Notes under the pieces: model-generated
Seen by the model: only the letters and a program-made list of their open reading frames with translations
Databases searched by the model: none
Told to the model about the DNA's origin: nothing
Position numbers and translations under genes: made by a program
DNA from: Rugosimonospora sp.
GTDB lineage: Bacteria; Actinomycetota; Actinomycetes; Mycobacteriales; Micromonosporaceae
Direction of reading: 5' to 3'
NCBI GenBank assembly: GCA_051986465.1
Contig: JBPYFB010000152.1
Coordinates: forward strand, 1-54,554
Length of the DNA stretch: 54,554 nt
Part shown: positions 51,305 through 54,554 of the stretch, piece after piece
Layout of the letters: each line of letters opens with the position of its first letter
Position numbering within the stretch: position 1 is the first letter of the stretch

Positions 51305-52483
51305 ATGGACGAGAACGAGACCGCGCCGGTACGCAGGCGGGTCGTATTGACCGGGATCAGTTCGCGTGCCTGGGAGCACCCGGCCGATCGCGGTGCCCTG
51401 ACTGCGCTGCGTGAGCTGCGCGGCTTCGACGAGGTACTCAAGATGCTCTCCGGCCTGTGGAACGAGCGGGCCTGGCGGCTGCAGTACCTGGGCGGGGCGA
51501 TCCGGGCCGACCACCGGCAGCACGCCCGGGTGCACCGCATCTTCGCCGAGGCCGGCTCCACCCTCGACGTCTCCGAGTTGCCCGAGCTCTACATCGAGTA
51601 CTCGCCGACGATCAGTGCGAGCTGCATCGGCATGTCCAAGCCGTTCATCGTGATCAGCAACCGCGCCGTCGAACAGCTGGACGAGGAGGAGCTGCGCTAC
51701 ATCCTCGGACACGAGCTCGGGCACCTGCAGAGCGGGCACGCCGTCTACCGCACCATGCTGATCATCCTCACCCGGTGGGCGACGAGCATCGCCTGGCTGC
51801 CGATCGGGGCGCTCGCGCTGCGGGCGATCATCATGGCGCTGATGGAGTGGTGGCGCAAGGCGGAGCTGTCGGCCGACCGGGCGGGGCTGCTCGCCGGTCA
51901 GGATCCGGCCGCCGCTCTGCGCGCGCACATGAAGCTGGCCGGGGGCGGCGACCTCAGCGAGATCGACACCGCGGCGTTCCTGGAGCAGGCCGCCGAGTAC
52001 GAGCGCACCGGCGACCTGCGGGACAGCCTCATCAAGCTGCGGATGCTGCTCATGCGCACCCACCCGCTGCCGGTGGCGCGCGCGGCCGAGTTGCGTCGCT
52101 GGACGGATTCCGGCGCGTACCAGCGGATCCTGTCCGGGGATTACCCGCGCCGGGAGAACGACAGCACCGCGTCGGTCACCTCGGACGCGAAGGAGGCCGC
52201 CGAGGAGTACCGGCAGGCCTTCCGCCGCTCCGAGGACCCGCTGGTCGGCTTGGTGCGCAGGTTCGGCGACGGCGCGGCGGGCGTCGGTGAATGGGTGGGC
52301 GCCGGCTTCGGAAGGGTACGCGACTGGACCGGCCGCGCGGCTGGTGCCGCGCGGCAGGCCAGCTCGGGCGGCGGAGGGGGCGAGACTCCGCCGGCCGGCT
52401 CGCCACCGCCCTCGTCCCCGCCGTCCAATGGCGACGACCCTTGGCGACAGGCGAGTGACGGCCCCGGCGAGCCCCCGGAGTAG
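51305..52483 (+). CDS. M48-family zinc metallopeptidase with a Gly/Pro/Ser-rich C-terminal tail
   Basis: HELGHLQSGH (HExxH), downstream ELSADRAG, and two TM helices between them. ATG 51305 follows SD ggggaga. Confidence 0.88.
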   Translation: MDENETAPVRRRVVLTGISSRAWEHPADRGALTALRELRGFDEVLKMLSGLWNERAWRLQYLGGAIRADHRQHARVHRIFAEAGSTLDVSELPELYIEYSPTISASCIGMSKPFIVISNRAVEQLDEEELRYILGHELGHLQSGHAVYRTMLIILTRWATSIAWLPIGALALRAIIMALMEWWRKAELSADRAGLLAGQDPAAALRAHMKLAGGGDLSEIDTAAFLEQAAEYERTGDLRDSLIKLRMLLMRTHPLPVARAAELRRWTDSGAYQRILSGDYPRRENDSTASVTSDAKEAAEEYRQAFRRSEDPLVGLVRRFGDGAAGVGEWVGAGFGRVRDWTGRAAGAARQASSGGGGGETPPAGSPPPSSPPSNGDDPWRQASDGPGEPPE

Positions 52484-52504
52484 TTCCAGCCGATCATCGC
52501 GGCT

Positions 52505-53881
52505 ATGGTCGGCGGTGTGGCGACGACTGGTGGGTACGAGGAGCTGCGTGCGGCGGTGACCCGGGTGTTGCCCGGCGTCACCGAGGACCTGATGCGGCTG
52601 GCCCGCATCCCCGGCATCGCCTTCGACGGCTTCGACCACTCCGAGGTCGAGCGCAGCGCGGCGGCCGTCGTCGACCTGTTGCGCGACGCCGGCCTGCCCG
52701 ACGTGCGCGTCGTGCGGGCCGGCGGCCAGCCCGCGGTCATCGGGCGCCGCCCGGCGCCGCCCGGCGCGCCGACCGTCATGCTGTACGCGCACCACGACGT
52801 CCAGCCCGTCGGCGACCTGAGCGAGTGGCACACCGACCCGTTCGAGCCGACCGAGCACGACGGTCGCCTGTACGGGCGCGGCTGCGCCGACGACAAGGCG
52901 GGCGTCATGGCGCACCTGGCCGCCTTGCGCGTCTTCGGCGACGACCTGCCCGTGGGGGTGGTGGTCTTCGTCGAGGGCGAGGAGGAGTTCGGCTCGGCGA
53001 GCCTGGAGGACCTGCTGCGGCAGTACCGCGACGAGATCGCCGCCGACGTGATCGTGATCGCCGACTCCGGCAACTGGGACGTCGGGGTACCGGCGCTGAC
53101 CACCAGCCTGCGCGGGCTGGTGAACCTCTTCGTCGAGGTGCGTACCCTCGACCACGCCGTACACAGCGGCATGTACGGCGGCCCGGTACCGGACGCGCTC
53201 ACCGCGCTGTGCCGGTTGCTGACGACGCTGCACGACGACGCGGGTGACGTGGCCATCGCCGGGTTGACGCGCTCGCCCGCCGCCGATCTCGAATACCCTC
53301 TGGACCGCTTCCGCGCCGAGGCCGGCCTGCTCGACGGGGTTTCACTGATTGGTACGGGTCAGCTCGTCGAGCGCCTGTGGACCAAGCCGTCGCTGTCCAT
53401 CCTCGGCATCGACGCGCCGCCCACGACCGGCGCGCCCAACGCGCTGGTGCCGATGGCGCGGGCCAAGCTGTCGGTACGCATCGCGCCCGGCGACGATCCC
53501 GCGAAGGTGTACGAGGCGGTGCAGGCGCACCTGCAGTCCCATGCGCCGTGGGGAGCGCACGTGAGCGTGACGCTCGAACAGTGGGGCGCGCCCTCGGTCA
53601 TGGGTTCGTCGGGGCCGGCGTACGACGCGGCGCGGGCGGCGTTCCGCACCGCCTGGGACGGTACGGAGCCGGTGGAGATCGGCATGGGTGGTTCGATCCC
53701 GTTCATCGCGACGTTCCAGGAACTGTTCCCGGAGGCGACCGTCCTGGTCACCGGAGTGGAGGACCCCGACTCGCGGGCGCACGGCCCCAACGAGAGCCTG
53801 CACCTGGGCGAGTTCGCCCGGGTCTGCCTCGCGGAGGCGCTGCTGCTGACGAATGTGGCGGAGGCCCTGCGCCGCACCTGA
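52505..53881 (+). CDS. M20-family dipeptidase/deacylase
   Basis: MLYAHHDVQP, GRGCADDKAG, FVEGEEEFGS and a C-terminal HGPNESL. Confidence 0.9.
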   Translation: MVGGVATTGGYEELRAAVTRVLPGVTEDLMRLARIPGIAFDGFDHSEVERSAAAVVDLLRDAGLPDVRVVRAGGQPAVIGRRPAPPGAPTVMLYAHHDVQPVGDLSEWHTDPFEPTEHDGRLYGRGCADDKAGVMAHLAALRVFGDDLPVGVVVFVEGEEEFGSASLEDLLRQYRDEIAADVIVIADSGNWDVGVPALTTSLRGLVNLFVEVRTLDHAVHSGMYGGPVPDALTALCRLLTTLHDDAGDVAIAGLTRSPAADLEYPLDRFRAEAGLLDGVSLIGTGQLVERLWTKPSLSILGIDAPPTTGAPNALVPMARAKLSVRIAPGDDPAKVYEAVQAHLQSHAPWGAHVSVTLEQWGAPSVMGSSGPAYDAARAAFRTAWDGTEPVEIGMGGSIPFIATFQELFPEATVLVTGVEDPDSRAHGPNESLHLGEFARVCLAEALLLTNVAEALRRT

Positions 53882-53982
53882 CCGCCCCCGGGTCCGCGGC
53901 GCGGCAGGGCTAACCGGGCGCGGCGACACCGGAAAATGGCGGCCGGGCGGGAAATGTCAGAGGTGGCTGCGAGGATCGAGGC

Positions 53983-54554
53983 ATGCGGTTCGCGGAAGTC
54001 GCGGCCACCTCGGTCGCGGTCGGTGCCACCTCGGCGCGCCGGTCCAAGGTGGCGTTGCTCGCCCAGGCACTGCGCGGGCTGGCCGCCGACGAGATCGAGG
54101 CGGGCGCCGCCTACCTCGCCGGCGAGTTGCGCCAGCGGCAGATCGGCGTGGGTTGGGCTAGCCTTCGCGACCTGCCGCCGCCGGCCGAGCAGGCGATGCT
54201 GGAGGTGCGCGACGTCGACCAGGCGCTTTCGCGCATTGGTAGCCAGAGCGGTGCCGGCTCGCAGGCCCGCCGCCGCGACCTGCTGGGCGCGCTGTTCGCC
54301 GCGGCAACCGTCGATGAGCAGCGCATGCTGCGTGGCCTGATCTCCGGGGAACTGCGCCAGGGCGCACAGGCGGGCCTGCTCGTCGACGCGATCGCCCGGG
54401 CCGCCGAGGTCGACGTCGCCGCGGTGCGCCGCGCGCTGCTGCTGGCGGGTGACCTCAAGGCGGTCGCCCGGGCGGCGCTGACCGGGGGCGCCGCGGCGTT
54501 GAGCGAGTTCCGGCTGCGGGTGGGGCGCCCGCTCGCCCCGATGCTGGCGCAATC
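53983..54554 (+). CDS. ATP-dependent DNA ligase, N-terminal DNA-binding domain (3' end outside the window)
   Basis: Not in the ORF track because there is no stop in the window. Hand translation: MRFAEVAATSVAVGATSARRSKVALLAQALRGL...AYLAGELRQRQIGVGW...GSQARRRDLLGALF...EQRMLRGLISGELRQGA...RVGRPLAPMLAQ, which is typical of the region preceding the adenylation lysine. Confidence 0.85.
   Translation, partial: MRFAEVAATSVAVGATSARRSKVALLAQALRGLAADEIEAGAAYLAGELRQRQIGVGWASLRDLPPPAEQAMLEVRDVDQALSRIGSQSGAGSQARRRDLLGALFAAATVDEQRMLRGLISGELRQGAQAGLLVDAIARAAEVDVAAVRRALLLAGDLKAVARAALTGGAAALSEFRLRVGRPLAPMLAQ

Noticed and set aside
50342-53233. 963-aa ORF on the minus strand, and similar giants at 30252-32852, 43073-45442, 19785-21629 and 10383-12395
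   Set aside because: These are antisense or out-of-frame shadows of well-supported genes with clear domain signatures. Their translations are low-complexity Arg/Ala/Gly/Pro strings with no motifs.

Overview
High-GC (about 70 % by eye) actinobacterial chromosomal DNA, densely coding. I support about 57 protein genes, one tRNA-Arg(UCU), one c-di-AMP (ydaO-type) riboswitch, several GC-rich terminator hairpins and a few short tandem duplications. I saw no rRNA, CRISPR array, transposase, integrase or phage genes. Most of the content is core-like. Signalling genes include one truncated and three complete sensor kinases (one of them CHASE3-type), two NarL/LuxR response regulators, a receiver-only regulator, a receiver-PP2C regulator, a group-2 sigma factor, and a STAS protein next to a STAS-kinase fusion. 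Envelope and carbohydrate genes include a GH18 chitinase, a GH16-like protein, an NlpC/P60 hydrolase and a transglycosylase-like protein. There are three ABC systems plus an orphan MalK/MsiK-like ATPase. Metabolic genes include amidinotransferase-rocD, pabAB, cobD-cobQ, a dehydrogenase-dehydrogenase-FGGY kinase operon and tam. Maintenance genes include an SSB paralog, an Smr protein and the 5' part of an ATP-dependent ligase. The only clearly accessory stretch is about 2 kb abutting the 3' end of the tRNA (43.4-45.3 kb). It holds a decapitated phosphotransferase gene, a methyltransferase with internal in-frame tandem duplications and a SUFU-family (polymorphic-toxin immunity-type) gene. Just upstream, a membrane-anchored EEP enzyme is translationally coupled to a small unknown protein. 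I found no compelling novel multi-gene system. The best leads are that islet, a CebR-like operator pair next to a signalling operon, a STAS module with no phosphorylatable Ser/Thr at the canonical site, tandemly duplicated gene junctions, a nested palindrome cluster, and a window-wide excess of GTAC. Many long entries in the ORF track are out-of-frame or antisense artefacts of high GC.
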